In this document: positions 34,820 to 43,431 of the stretch, piece after piece
How the letters are laid out: each line of letters begins with the position of its first letter
How positions within the stretch are numbered: the first letter of the stretch is position 1
Origin: an uncultured delta proteobacterium
GTDB taxonomy: Bacteria > Myxococcota_A > Polyangia > Polyangiales > B10-G4
Reading direction: 5' to 3'
DNA length: 64,000 nucleotides
NCBI GenBank assembly: GCA_963727445.1
Contig: CAVSGI010000002.1
Coordinates: 32,001 to 96,000, forward strand
Position numbers and translations under genes: made by a program
Notes under the pieces: model-generated
The model's input: only the letters and a program-made list of their open reading frames with translations
Database searches by the model: none
What the model was told of the DNA's origin: nothing

Positions 34820-36119
34820 CGCTTCCTCCGTCGGGTCCGGAGGGTGAAGGCAACGCCGATCGCCAGCGCCACGATCGACAGCACGAGGTAGCGCGGTGGG
34901 ATCCCCTCCGCCGCGGGCGGTGCCTCGGCCGCCGGCGGTGCCTCGGGCGCCTGAGCCGCGAGGGCCGAGAGCGCGTCGGCCTTCTGCTTCACCTCGTCCA
35001 CGTCGAGGCGATGCACCGCGTCGCCGAGGGCGGCGCTGAGCGCGGAGGCCCGCTGGCGGAGAGCATCGTCGCCGCGGGCGATGCGCTCGCGCGCAGCATC
35101 GGCCTGCTCGAGGGCCTCACCGAGCGCGCCGATGCGCCCGTACACGTCGTCCGCCGGGCCGTGGCAGCGACGGCAGGCGGCCTCGCGCCCCGCGGTCACC
35201 AGGCTCGCATCGGCGCGGAGGATCTGGTGATTGCCGTGACACTCGACGCAATCGAGAAAACCGCGCGCGGCGAAGGCTTCGCGATGGGGTCCGGCATCGA
35301 AGGCCGCCGCCACTTCCTCGTGACAGCGCCCGCACGCGATCACCGCTTCTTCGGCCGAGACCCCACCATGCGGATCGTGACAGTCGGCACACGCCGGGCC
35401 GCCCCCCTCCCCGTCCGTGCGCTCGGCCCAGGCGGAGGCGTGCACGCTCCGGGACCAGTGCCCGAGCGGATCGGACGCGCTGCCGCTGCCATGACATCGC
35501 CCGCAGGTCGTCGGCACCCGCGTCCAGTGCACCGAAGAATCCGGATCGTCCGCCGCCGCCGGCCCATGCGGGTGGTGGCAGTCCCCGCAGATCGCCCCCG
35601 CGCCGCCCGACAGATACGACGCCGCGTGCGCCGACTCGGGAAAGTCGGCGAGCGTCTCCGGAGCGGCTCCCGTTCCCGCGTCCGTGCCCGTTCCCGTTCC
35701 CGCGTCCGTCGTCCCGTTCCCGTTCCCGCGTCCGTTCCCGTTCCCGTTCCCGCGTCCGTTCCCGTTCCCGTTCCCGTTCCCGTTCCCGTTCCCGCATCCG
35801 CCCCCAGTGCCGCCACCAACCCCTCCCACCTCTGAGCCACCCCCTCGTTCACGTGACAGGCGAGGCACGGCGCGACGGGGCGGGCGTGGAAGGGCGCGGC
35901 GTGGGCCGCGACGGTCGAGACGGGGGTGCCCGCGTGACAGCCGGTGCAATCCACGCCCTGTCCCCGATGGGGATCGGCGTCGAGGTCGAGCGCAGGAGCG
36001 CGCAGCGCCACTTTGCGGCGAACGCGGTGACAGTCGATGCAGGCGTCCTCAGCCTGCGCGACCGGCACGACGAGGAGGAGGCCCACGAGAGCCAGACACG
36101 CTTTGCTCGCGACGCTCAC
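34816..36119 (-). CDS. 9-heme cytochrome c with GT-repeat linker and C-terminal TM anchor (frameshift near 35711)
   Basis: Signal peptide ...AQA; 3 CxxCH before and 6 after the GTGTGT/DAG linker; C-terminal hydrophobic helix followed by RRKR. Confidence 0.85.
35668..35800. repeat. (CCCGTT)n hexamer repeat with interspersed GCGTCC, encoding a Gly-Thr linker
   Basis: Directly visible. Confidence 0.9.
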
Positions 36120-37174
36120 GGGACGTGACACACCCGGCAAACCGCGTGGCGTTGGGGATCCATCGTCGCGCCGAAGCCCGGGGGATGCGGGTTCGAGGCG
36201 ACGCCGCCGACGCGGTGACAGGGGACGCAGGTCTGCGCGGCGTCCGCTTCGTGACAAGAGGCGCAGGCCATGATGTTGCGCCGCGCTTCGGCCGCGTGCC
36301 CGCGGGGGGAGAGCGGGTCGAGCCAGCCGGGCGGATGAGGGCTCGCCCCGGAGACGCTGCCGCCGATGCCGGCGGCGCTGTGACAGTCGTCGCAGAACGG
36401 CACACCGTGGCAGCGGAGACAGGTGCCCTGCTCCATGCGCGCCTCGAGCGCGTGGCGGGCGCGGAAGTCGCCGCGGTGGACGAAGTGGCGCGTGACGTTG
36501 GTCGGCTCGACGAGCTCGAGGGCGATGGGCGCCACCGAGGTCATGTGGCAATCCTCGCAGAAGGAGGGCTCGTGACACGAGGTGCAGAGCGCCTGTTCGG
36601 CGCGCGCCGCCGCCGCGTGGCCGCGAAGAAAGTCCGGCGGGTGTTGGTAGATCGCGATCTCCGCGATCGAGTACTCGTGGAGATCCACGTGACAGGGAAC
36701 GCAGCGGAGCTCGCGCAGCTCGGCCGAGTGACAGGAGTCGGTGCAGTCGGCCATCTCGGGCAGGTGCACGTCGAAGTCGGCGAGGCTCTGCTCGTCTCCC
36801 CGGCGGCCGTGACACGCCACGCACTCTCCGCGCATCGGCTCCGCGTGCTCCGCGTGATCGAAGCGCACCCGCCGATGGCGCCGCGGATAGGTCGCGGGCT
36901 CGCGTGGAACGGTGTGGCAGAACCTGCAGCGATCTTCGCCGCGCTCGCGATGACAATCCCGGCAGAGCTCCTCTGGCGGCACCAACGCGGCCAGCGGCCC
37001 GGCGTCCTCGGTGGCGCCGGGATGACAGGTCACGCAGGAGAGGTCGTCGCCGAGATGCGCGGCATGCGAAAAAATGATCCGGTCGCGCTCCGGCCGACTG
37101 TTGCGCGTGCAGCCGCTCGACAGAGCGAACAGCCCCAGGAGCACGAACGCCGCGCCGCTTCGAAGCGAGCTCAT
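36116..37174 (-). CDS. 13-heme cytochrome c lipoprotein (cytochrome c3/c7-like repeats)
   Basis: Lipobox SSGC; 12 CxxCH plus CTDSCH; FSHAAH and FDHAEH motifs. Confidence 0.9.
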   Translation of the reverse strand: MSSLRSGAAFVLLGLFALSSGCTRNSRPERDRIIFSHAAHLGDDLSCVTCHPGATEDAGPLAALVPPEELCRDCHRERGEDRCRFCHTVPREPATYPRRHRRVRFDHAEHAEPMRGECVACHGRRGDEQSLADFDVHLPEMADCTDSCHSAELRELRCVPCHVDLHEYSIAEIAIYQHPPDFLRGHAAAARAEQALCTSCHEPSFCEDCHMTSVAPIALELVEPTNVTRHFVHRGDFRARHALEARMEQGTCLRCHGVPFCDDCHSAAGIGGSVSGASPHPPGWLDPLSPRGHAAEARRNIMACASCHEADAAQTCVPCHRVGGVASNPHPPGFGATMDPQRHAVCRVCHVP

Positions 37175-38548
37175 CGGACGTCCTTTGGCCGATAGGAGAA
37201 GCTGAGCTGACCGCGGAGCTCCGAGGCCACGATGGGCGATCGCGCCCAGTCGATGGACGCCCCCACGTTGAATCCGCCCTCGACCGGCCAATCGGCGCTG
37301 AAGCGAGTGAGTATCGACTCGCGTTCCACCGCGTCGTCGAGCCCCACCGCGGCCTGGAAGGCCACGATCACCCGCTCCCAGAGCGGCGGCAACGCCACCG
37401 ATCCCTGCAAGACGTTGAGCCCGACCACACTGTCGTCGCGGCGGGACAGACTGATGAAAGCGCGCAAGCCTGTGAGCACGTCGGCGTATCGCGCCACCGT
37501 TTCGAGGCGGTAGCCGACGTAGGCGCCGTTCATCGAATAGACGCGGAGCCCGGCGAGGCCGCGGAGCGACCAGTGGTCGGAGACGCGCAGGGTGGCCCCG
37601 CCGGCGACCTCGTCGAAGATGCTCGAGGCGAAGGCCGCGAGGATCGACCACGTCGGCAGAAGGCGCGTCGGATCGACGTGCTGCCATCCAGAGATCCGTC
37701 GTGAGCGACTGGCTGACCAGGAAGGTGGCGAGGAGGCTCGCCTGCTCGATCCCCAGCGAGCCCAGATCGAAGGCGACGTTGCCGCTGAGGTCGACCTCCG
37801 GGACGATGCGCCAGAGCGCGTCGGCCGCGAGGGTGCGGTCGGCGCTGATCCCCTCGGCGAAGCGATCGAGGTAGGACAGAGACGCGTTGAGGTGACCGGG
37901 GCTCGAGTAGCCCAGGCGGGCGCCGTAAGCGAACGTGGGCATCGAGTAATCGGGATGCTGGCCGAGGAGCCCACTGCGGCGCGGGGTGACGGGCCGGCCG
38001 ACGGCGGCCTCCGCGACCCATCCATCCGCGAGGCGCACCGCGGCGCCGCCGCCATCGAGGTGCACACCGCCCGGGATGCCCCAGGCGAGAAAGCGTCGCC
38101 CCGCCCACGCGCTCCCGACCCCGTAGCGACCCTCGACGTAGCCGATGGCGAAGTCCCCCGCCACGATCCCATCGTCCGAGGGGAAGGTGAGATCGAGCGA
38201 CCCCCAACCGGAGAAGTGCACGTCCACCGCGCCGTTCGCCAGATCGCGGGCGTCGAGGCTGACGCGCTCGTAGAGAGGCAGCTGGGCAATCCGTTGCCAA
38301 TAGCGCGTATTCGCATCGACCGAAAATGATTCGTCGACGGTGAAGACGTAGGCCGACTGGAAGCGCATCACGGTGTCCGAGCGAACGCGGATCCGCGCGG
38401 GGATCGCGTCGCTCTCCGCTGGCGGCGGCTGCTCCGGTCGCGTCGGTCCGTCCTCGCTCTCCCGGTCGGCCGTGTCCTGCGCACGCGAGAGCGTGGGGAC
38501 GAGCGCCGAAAGGACGGCGAAGCACGCGAGCAAGAGGCGCCCCCTCAC
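37171..38548 (-). CDS. Putative outer-membrane beta-barrel (porin of a porin-cytochrome complex); frameshift near 37690
   Basis: Signal peptide, alternating amphipathic strands, no heme motifs, terminal strand GQLSFSY; sits between multiheme genes. Confidence 0.65.
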
Positions 38549-40062
38549 GTGCCGTCTCCCGCGTCGATCACGCCGTCGACGTGCATCGCCCGGCCCGAGG
38601 CGCTGATGCGCGGCCCCGCGGGTGTTTCGCTGATCTCGCCCCCGTGGCAGAGCACCGAGGCGCACAGCCCGGGCACCGGATGGGTGTCCGCTGGAGGCAG
38701 ACCGTGGCAGGCATCACAGCGATCTGCGACCGCCTCGGGCTGCGCCCATCGCGGAGAGGGCACAGCACCTCCTTCGATACCCGCGCCATGGCAGGCGACG
38801 AAGCAGCTGGTGTCTACGGCTTCGAAGGTCGGCTCGGTGCCGCGCGCCATGGCGAGGCCGGAGAGCTCCACCTCCACCACGCCATTCAGATGTCCCGGCG
38901 CGTCGAGGCTCGACGGTACGCGGTGACACGAGCCGCAGGCGACCGGCAGCGCGATGGTGGGGTCTCGGTGCCCATCGTGGGCATCCCCGCGCGGCCACGC
39001 GTCGTCACCGCCTGCACCATGGCAGGCGCCGCAGCCGCCGCTTCCGTCGCCGACGTCGACCACGCCGTTGGCGTGAAGAGGCCCGGGCAAGAGCGCCGTG
39101 CCGTCGGCGTTCGCCTCGGCGTGACAGCAATCGCAGGTGCCCGGATAGTGGTCCGGAGGCGGGCTCGCATGACAGCTCTGGCAGTCGAGCGCCTCGGTGT
39201 CGGACCAGGCCGGCATGGGCCGGGTGCCGCCCTGGCCGTGGCAGTAGACGGCGCAGGTGCCGGTCTCCGGGTCGTAGCGCGCGTCCTCGCCGCCTGCGAG
39301 CGCGCTGAACGCGATCTCCACCACGCCGTCGCCGTGCAGCCCTCCCTGGCCGACGGTCGTGTCCCGCTCACCGTGACAGTCGGCACAATCGATCCCGGCC
39401 TCCGCGTGGGGCGCGTGGGCGCCAGCTACGCCCGCGGCGTCGCCGAAGAAGCAGGGATCGCGCGGTGGATAGGCCGCGTCGCCGTGACCGTGGCAGGTCG
39501 CACAGTCGAGGACGCCTTCCGGCGAGTCGTGGCAGCGTGTGCAGGGTGGTGCACCCGGCGCGACGCCGACGCCTTCGGGCCGAAAAGGAGCTCCGTCGTG
39601 ACATCGCCCGCACGCCCCCGGGCTCTCGGCGTCGTACATCGGATCCCAAGAGGCCGCGCGGAGCGCCGCACCGTGAAATGCGTCGGAGCGCGGGTCGGTG
39701 AAGCCCGGCGGGTGGGCAGCGCCGTAGCGATCGATGGCGCCCGCCTCGACCCACCTGCGCACATAGTCCGCGCTCAGGTCGCCGAGGAGGTCCGCGTGAT
39801 CGGGCTGGGAGAGCACGGCGATGATCGGAGCCGTCGCGTCCGCCGGTCGAACCGCGACGCGCCCGTCGGGCACGCAGTAGATGGTGTCGAGGTAGGTCTC
39901 GACCGAGTACCCGGCCGCCGGAGCGTCGCCGCCGTGACATTCGGCGCACGCTTCACGAAGCAGCTCACCCGCACTCGCCGCATAGGTCGGCGGCGGGTCC
40001 ATCGGGTCTTTCGTCTCGCAGCCGCCGACGACGATGATGGCGGCGAAGACGAGGGGCCTCAC
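38545..40062 (-). CDS. Multiheme cytochrome c lipoprotein with CX3-4CH...CxxCH repeats (Geobacter C4xC_C2xCH-like)
   Basis: Lipobox VGGC; 10 CxxCH plus CAVYCH, CFVACH and CASVLCH; H.[DN]GVV[ED] repeats. Confidence 0.88.
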   Translation of the reverse strand: MRPLVFAAIIVVGGCETKDPMDPPPTYAASAGELLREACAECHGGDAPAAGYSVETYLDTIYCVPDGRVAVRPADATAPIIAVLSQPDHADLLGDLSADYVRRWVEAGAIDRYGAAHPPGFTDPRSDAFHGAALRAASWDPMYDAESPGACGRCHDGAPFRPEGVGVAPGAPPCTRCHDSPEGVLDCATCHGHGDAAYPPRDPCFFGDAAGVAGAHAPHAEAGIDCADCHGERDTTVGQGGLHGDGVVEIAFSALAGGEDARYDPETGTCAVYCHGQGGTRPMPAWSDTEALDCQSCHASPPPDHYPGTCDCCHAEANADGTALLPGPLHANGVVDVGDGSGGCGACHGAGGDDAWPRGDAHDGHRDPTIALPVACGSCHRVPSSLDAPGHLNGVVEVELSGLAMARGTEPTFEAVDTSCFVACHGAGIEGGAVPSPRWAQPEAVADRCDACHGLPPADTHPVPGLCASVLCHGGEISETPAGPRISASGRAMHVDGVIDAGDGT

Positions 40063-40655
40063 GGCGCGACCTCCTCCGCCGTGGGCGGATCGGCCACGCC
40101 GGTGCCCTCGCGCGGCAGGTAACCGTCGAGGCGACTCTCGCAACGCCGCGCGGAGAAGCGACCGGCGACGCAGCTGTCCCGACCGTCGTCGAAGCACGCC
40201 CGGATCCGCCCCTGCGCACCCGAGGCTTCGACCTCGTCGAGGGCGAGCCGCAGGACGCCTTCACCCACGCCCACCCACCGGCCCTCCACGGGCTGCTCGT
40301 AATGGATCGAGACCGGCGACGCGTCGCCGTGGTCGACGGTGGTCTCCCCCGACGCAAGCGCCTCTGCGCCACTGAAGCGCACGAAGACCCGCCGCCCCTG
40401 ACGCACCACGGGCAATCCGCAGTCGTCGACGGTCTCTTCGGCGAAGAAGAGGTCGACGCGCGGGGCGCCGTTCATCCGAAAGATCCGGTAATAGACGTCC
40501 TTCGCTTCGAAGGGCGCGCCTGCGATGTTCCCTTCCACTCCGTCGCCGAGATCATCGAGGGAGAGGTCGGCGAGATTCTGGTCAGACCGTCCACTGCCAG
40601 CCGTGGGCTGCTCGCACGCCGAGAGGAGGAGCGCCGCGATCACGAAGCGCCTCAC
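40059..40655 (-). CDS. Hypothetical lipoprotein within the cytochrome operon
   Basis: GTG start overlapping the nrfD stop; lipobox LSAC; 4-bp overlap with the next gene. Confidence 0.7.
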   Translation of the reverse strand: MRRFVIAALLLSACEQPTAGSGRSDQNLADLSLDDLGDGVEGNIAGAPFEAKDVYYRIFRMNGAPRVDLFFAEETVDDCGLPVVRQGRRVFVRFSGAEALASGETTVDHGDASPVSIHYEQPVEGRWVGVGEGVLRLALDEVEASGAQGRIRACFDDGRDSCVAGRFSARRCESRLDGYLPREGTGVADPPTAEEVAP

Positions 40656-41893
40656 GACGACGCCTCCCTCACCTGGCGAGAGACGAGTTGGCCCTCGGCC
40701 AGAGGAACGCCGACCTTGATCAGCACGGTGTAGAACGCGAGGCCCGTAGCCCAGACACCGGCGCAGACGGCGATCTCCGTGAGCGAGGGTGTGTACTCGT
40801 AGATCTGGCCGAGCGGCCCCGGGATGAAACCCGGGATCACCATTCCCATCCCTTTTTCGATCCACACGCCGACCACCGCCATCGCACAAGCGATGAGCAA
40901 GAGGGGCATCCGCCGACCGAGACCGGGAACGATGAAGATGGTGCACGCAGTGAGGTTGAGCGCGAGCGCCGTCCACACGTAAGGCACCAACTTGTGATGC
41001 CCTTCGAGCCCGAAGAAGAGGTAGCGCATCGACAGGCCGTGGATCGACGTGGAGAAGAGCTCGGTGAAGACCTCGGCGGCGAGGAGGAAGAGGTCCACCA
41101 CCATCGCGAGGGCGAGGATGCGCCTCAGCGTCTCGATCGCCTCCTGCCTGACCTCGACGCCGGCGTAGCGACGGATCGCCCACAGAGACAAGACGAAGAA
41201 GCTCGGCCCGGCGACGAAGGCCGACGAGAGGAAACGCGGCGCGTGCGCCGCGGAGTGCCAGAAGGGTCGCGCGCTCAGCCAGACGTAGAGGAAGGCGGTG
41301 ACGATGTGGAGCGCCACCGCCCAGACCGTTGCGCTGAGGAGCACGTTGCGCCAGCGAAGGCGGTCGATCTCCTTTCCACGGAAGCGCACCCAGAAGAACG
41401 TCGCGATCAGGGTCAGGTTGATCACGCCCCAACCGGAGAGCGCGACCACGTCCCAGGCCAGCATGGAGTGGGGGATGGACAGCCACCCACCGAGGAAAGA
41501 CGGCAACATGTGCCAGGCGCGCTCGGGATGGCCGATGTCCACCATCACGAAGAGCAGCGCCATGACCACCGCGGTGAGGGCGAGGTACATGCCCAGATAG
41601 ATCAATCGTGTGAGCTCCACGCGATCGAAGAGCAGCGCCGGGACGACGAGGATCACCGCCGCGTCGATGAGCCCGACGATGTAGGTGAAGTTCGCGATGT
41701 ACGCGCCCCAGGGCACGTGATCGCTCATGTTGGTGACGCCGAAGCCCTCGGTGATCTGATGGGAGTATGCCCAGCCGCCGATGGCCATCACCACGAAGAG
41801 CGCCGACAGCCACGCGTAGTAGAGCGGCGGCCCTTTGACCGCGCACTTCGCGAGAGCGGCGATCAGCTCGCCGGCTGTCTTCAGGCTCTTCAT
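40652..41893 (-). CDS. nrfD: NrfD/PsrC-family quinol-interacting membrane subunit (DsrP/CbcU-like)
   Basis: TNMSDHVPWGAYIANF, DIGHPERAWHM, APRFLSSAF, WIEKG, YTPSLTE; about 10 TM helices. Confidence 0.88.
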   Translation of the reverse strand: MKSLKTAGELIAALAKCAVKGPPLYYAWLSALFVVMAIGGWAYSHQITEGFGVTNMSDHVPWGAYIANFTYIVGLIDAAVILVVPALLFDRVELTRLIYLGMYLALTAVVMALLFVMVDIGHPERAWHMLPSFLGGWLSIPHSMLAWDVVALSGWGVINLTLIATFFWVRFRGKEIDRLRWRNVLLSATVWAVALHIVTAFLYVWLSARPFWHSAAHAPRFLSSAFVAGPSFFVLSLWAIRRYAGVEVRQEAIETLRRILALAMVVDLFLLAAEVFTELFSTSIHGLSMRYLFFGLEGHHKLVPYVWTALALNLTACTIFIVPGLGRRMPLLLIACAMAVVGVWIEKGMGMVIPGFIPGPLGQIYEYTPSLTEIAVCAGVWATGLAFYTVLIKVGVPLAEGQLVSRQVREASS

Positions 41894-42873
41894 TCTTCGA
41901 AGTAGTAGAAGAAGCGGGGCAGCGTCCCCTGCTCCTCTTTGAAGACGTAGATGCGCTTCTCTTCGAGGATCGAGCGGATCTCCGACTCGGGATCGAGGAG
42001 GTTGCCGAACTTGCGCGCACCCACCGGGCACGCTTCGAGGCACGCGGGGTTCAGCCCCTCACGCACGCGGTGAAGGCAGAAGTGGCACTTCTCCACCACG
42101 CCGGCCATGCGAAGTCGATTCGAGAGGTAGCCCTGATTCGGATTGATGTCGGCGGGTGGGACGTTCGGCTCGCGGAAGTTGAAATGCCTGGCGTCGTAGG
42201 GGCAGGCGGTCTCGCAGTACCGACAGCCGATGCACCAGTCGTAGTCGACGACCACGATCCCGTCCCGCTCGCGCCAGGTGGCGTTCACCGGGCAGGCCTT
42301 GACGCAGGGAGGGTTCTCGCACTGATGACACTGCACCGGCATGTAGAACCGGCCCGGCCGCGGCACCTCGCCCCGATAGTCGTGCACCGCGTTTTCGACG
42401 TCGAAGGTGCGGTCGAGCTCCATGACCCGGATGTAGTGGATCTCCTGATCGCGCGAGGTGTTGTTCTCCTGCGCACAGGCGTACTCGCATTGCCGGCAGC
42501 CGGTGCAGACCGACACGTTCAGCGCGTATCCGAACTCGACACCCTCGAGCGGCTGCGGGTCCGAGATCTTGGCATCGACGCCGTATCGCTCCTTCACCCC
42601 CCTTTCGAGACGCGCGAAGAGCGCCTCTTTGTCCTCGTCGCTGAGGCGTTTGTAGTGCTGCTGGAAGAACTCCTCCCACACGCCGCCGCCACAGCCTGTC
42701 GCCGTCGCCGCCGCGGTCGCGCTGGCGGTGGTGCCCACCCGGGAGAGGAAGGATCGGCGCGTCAACTGAACGCGCTCGAGCGCCTCGGCGAGGCCGGGAT
42801 CTTCCGGCTCCGCCGGCTCTTCGGGCGCGCTCTGGCCCCATACCTTCAGGCGCCGCTTCATCGCGTCGAGCAT
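41890..42873 (-). CDS. 4Fe-4S dicluster electron-transfer subunit (NrfC/DsrO-like) with Tat-like motif
   Basis: LTRRSFL; CTGCRQC..AC, CHQCENPPCVKACP, CIGCRYCETACP, KCHFC..CLEACP. Confidence 0.9.
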   Translation of the reverse strand: MLDAMKRRLKVWGQSAPEEPAEPEDPGLAEALERVQLTRRSFLSRVGTTASATAAATATGCGGGVWEEFFQQHYKRLSDEDKEALFARLERGVKERYGVDAKISDPQPLEGVEFGYALNVSVCTGCRQCEYACAQENNTSRDQEIHYIRVMELDRTFDVENAVHDYRGEVPRPGRFYMPVQCHQCENPPCVKACPVNATWRERDGIVVVDYDWCIGCRYCETACPYDARHFNFREPNVPPADINPNQGYLSNRLRMAGVVEKCHFCLHRVREGLNPACLEACPVGARKFGNLLDPESEIRSILEEKRIYVFKEEQGTLPRFFYYFEE

Positions 42874-42874
42874 C

Positions 42875-43426
42875 TCAGGGTTCCTCCAGTGCATCCCGAG
42901 GCACCGGAAGCGCCGTCAGATGGATCCCCTGCACGGGGGCGTGGGGGTCGTGACACGCAGTACACGTGCGCCGGTCGGCGACGCGCTGCCACGAGCCGGT
43001 CTGGATCCCGTGCATGCCACGCGACCAGTCTTCGTGCTTCACGCCGTGACACTGGCCGCAGAGCCGCGCCGATTCGTCGAAGCTCACCGCGGTCCCGTCG
43101 ATGAGACGAAACTGATCCAGGTCGTCGAGGTCGTGGCAGCGGTCGCAGAAGTGCATCACCGCGGCGTGCTCGATGTGGATGTCGGTGTGAAACTCTCGGA
43201 GCCTTCGCGGCGTGGGGTCGGGCGTGCGGTCCCGGTGGCACTGCTCCATGCACGGATAGGTGGGGATCTGATCGGTGCGTGAGACCACCACCACGTCGTG
43301 CTCCTGAGGCGTCAACACCTGTGGGCGATCCTCGGGGAACAGAGGGTTGTTCAGATGCTCGCAACCCACCGCGCCGAGGGTCAGCAGCGACAGGAACAAC
43401 ACCGCGTGTGGAGGAGCGTGGGCCAC
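42875..43426 (-). CDS. Small tetraheme cytochrome c lipoprotein
   Basis: Lipobox AVGC; CMEQCH, CDRCH, CGQCH, CTACH. Confidence 0.88.
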   Translation of the reverse strand: MAHAPPHAVLFLSLLTLGAVGCEHLNNPLFPEDRPQVLTPQEHDVVVVSRTDQIPTYPCMEQCHRDRTPDPTPRRLREFHTDIHIEHAAVMHFCDRCHDLDDLDQFRLIDGTAVSFDESARLCGQCHGVKHEDWSRGMHGIQTGSWQRVADRRTCTACHDPHAPVQGIHLTALPVPRDALEEP

Positions 43427-43431
43427 GGTCT

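Noticed and set aside
35668..35800. Phase variation of the 9-heme cytochrome via the CCCGTT repeat
   Set aside because: Gain or loss of hexamers keeps the frame; the shift near 35711 is a 1-2 nt irregularity like the other probable sequencing errors.
40652..43426. DsrJOP or Nrf system indicating sulfate reduction or nitrite ammonification
   Set aside because: No dsrMK/dsrAB, and no CxxCK-containing NrfA in the window; family resemblance alone does not assign the pathway.
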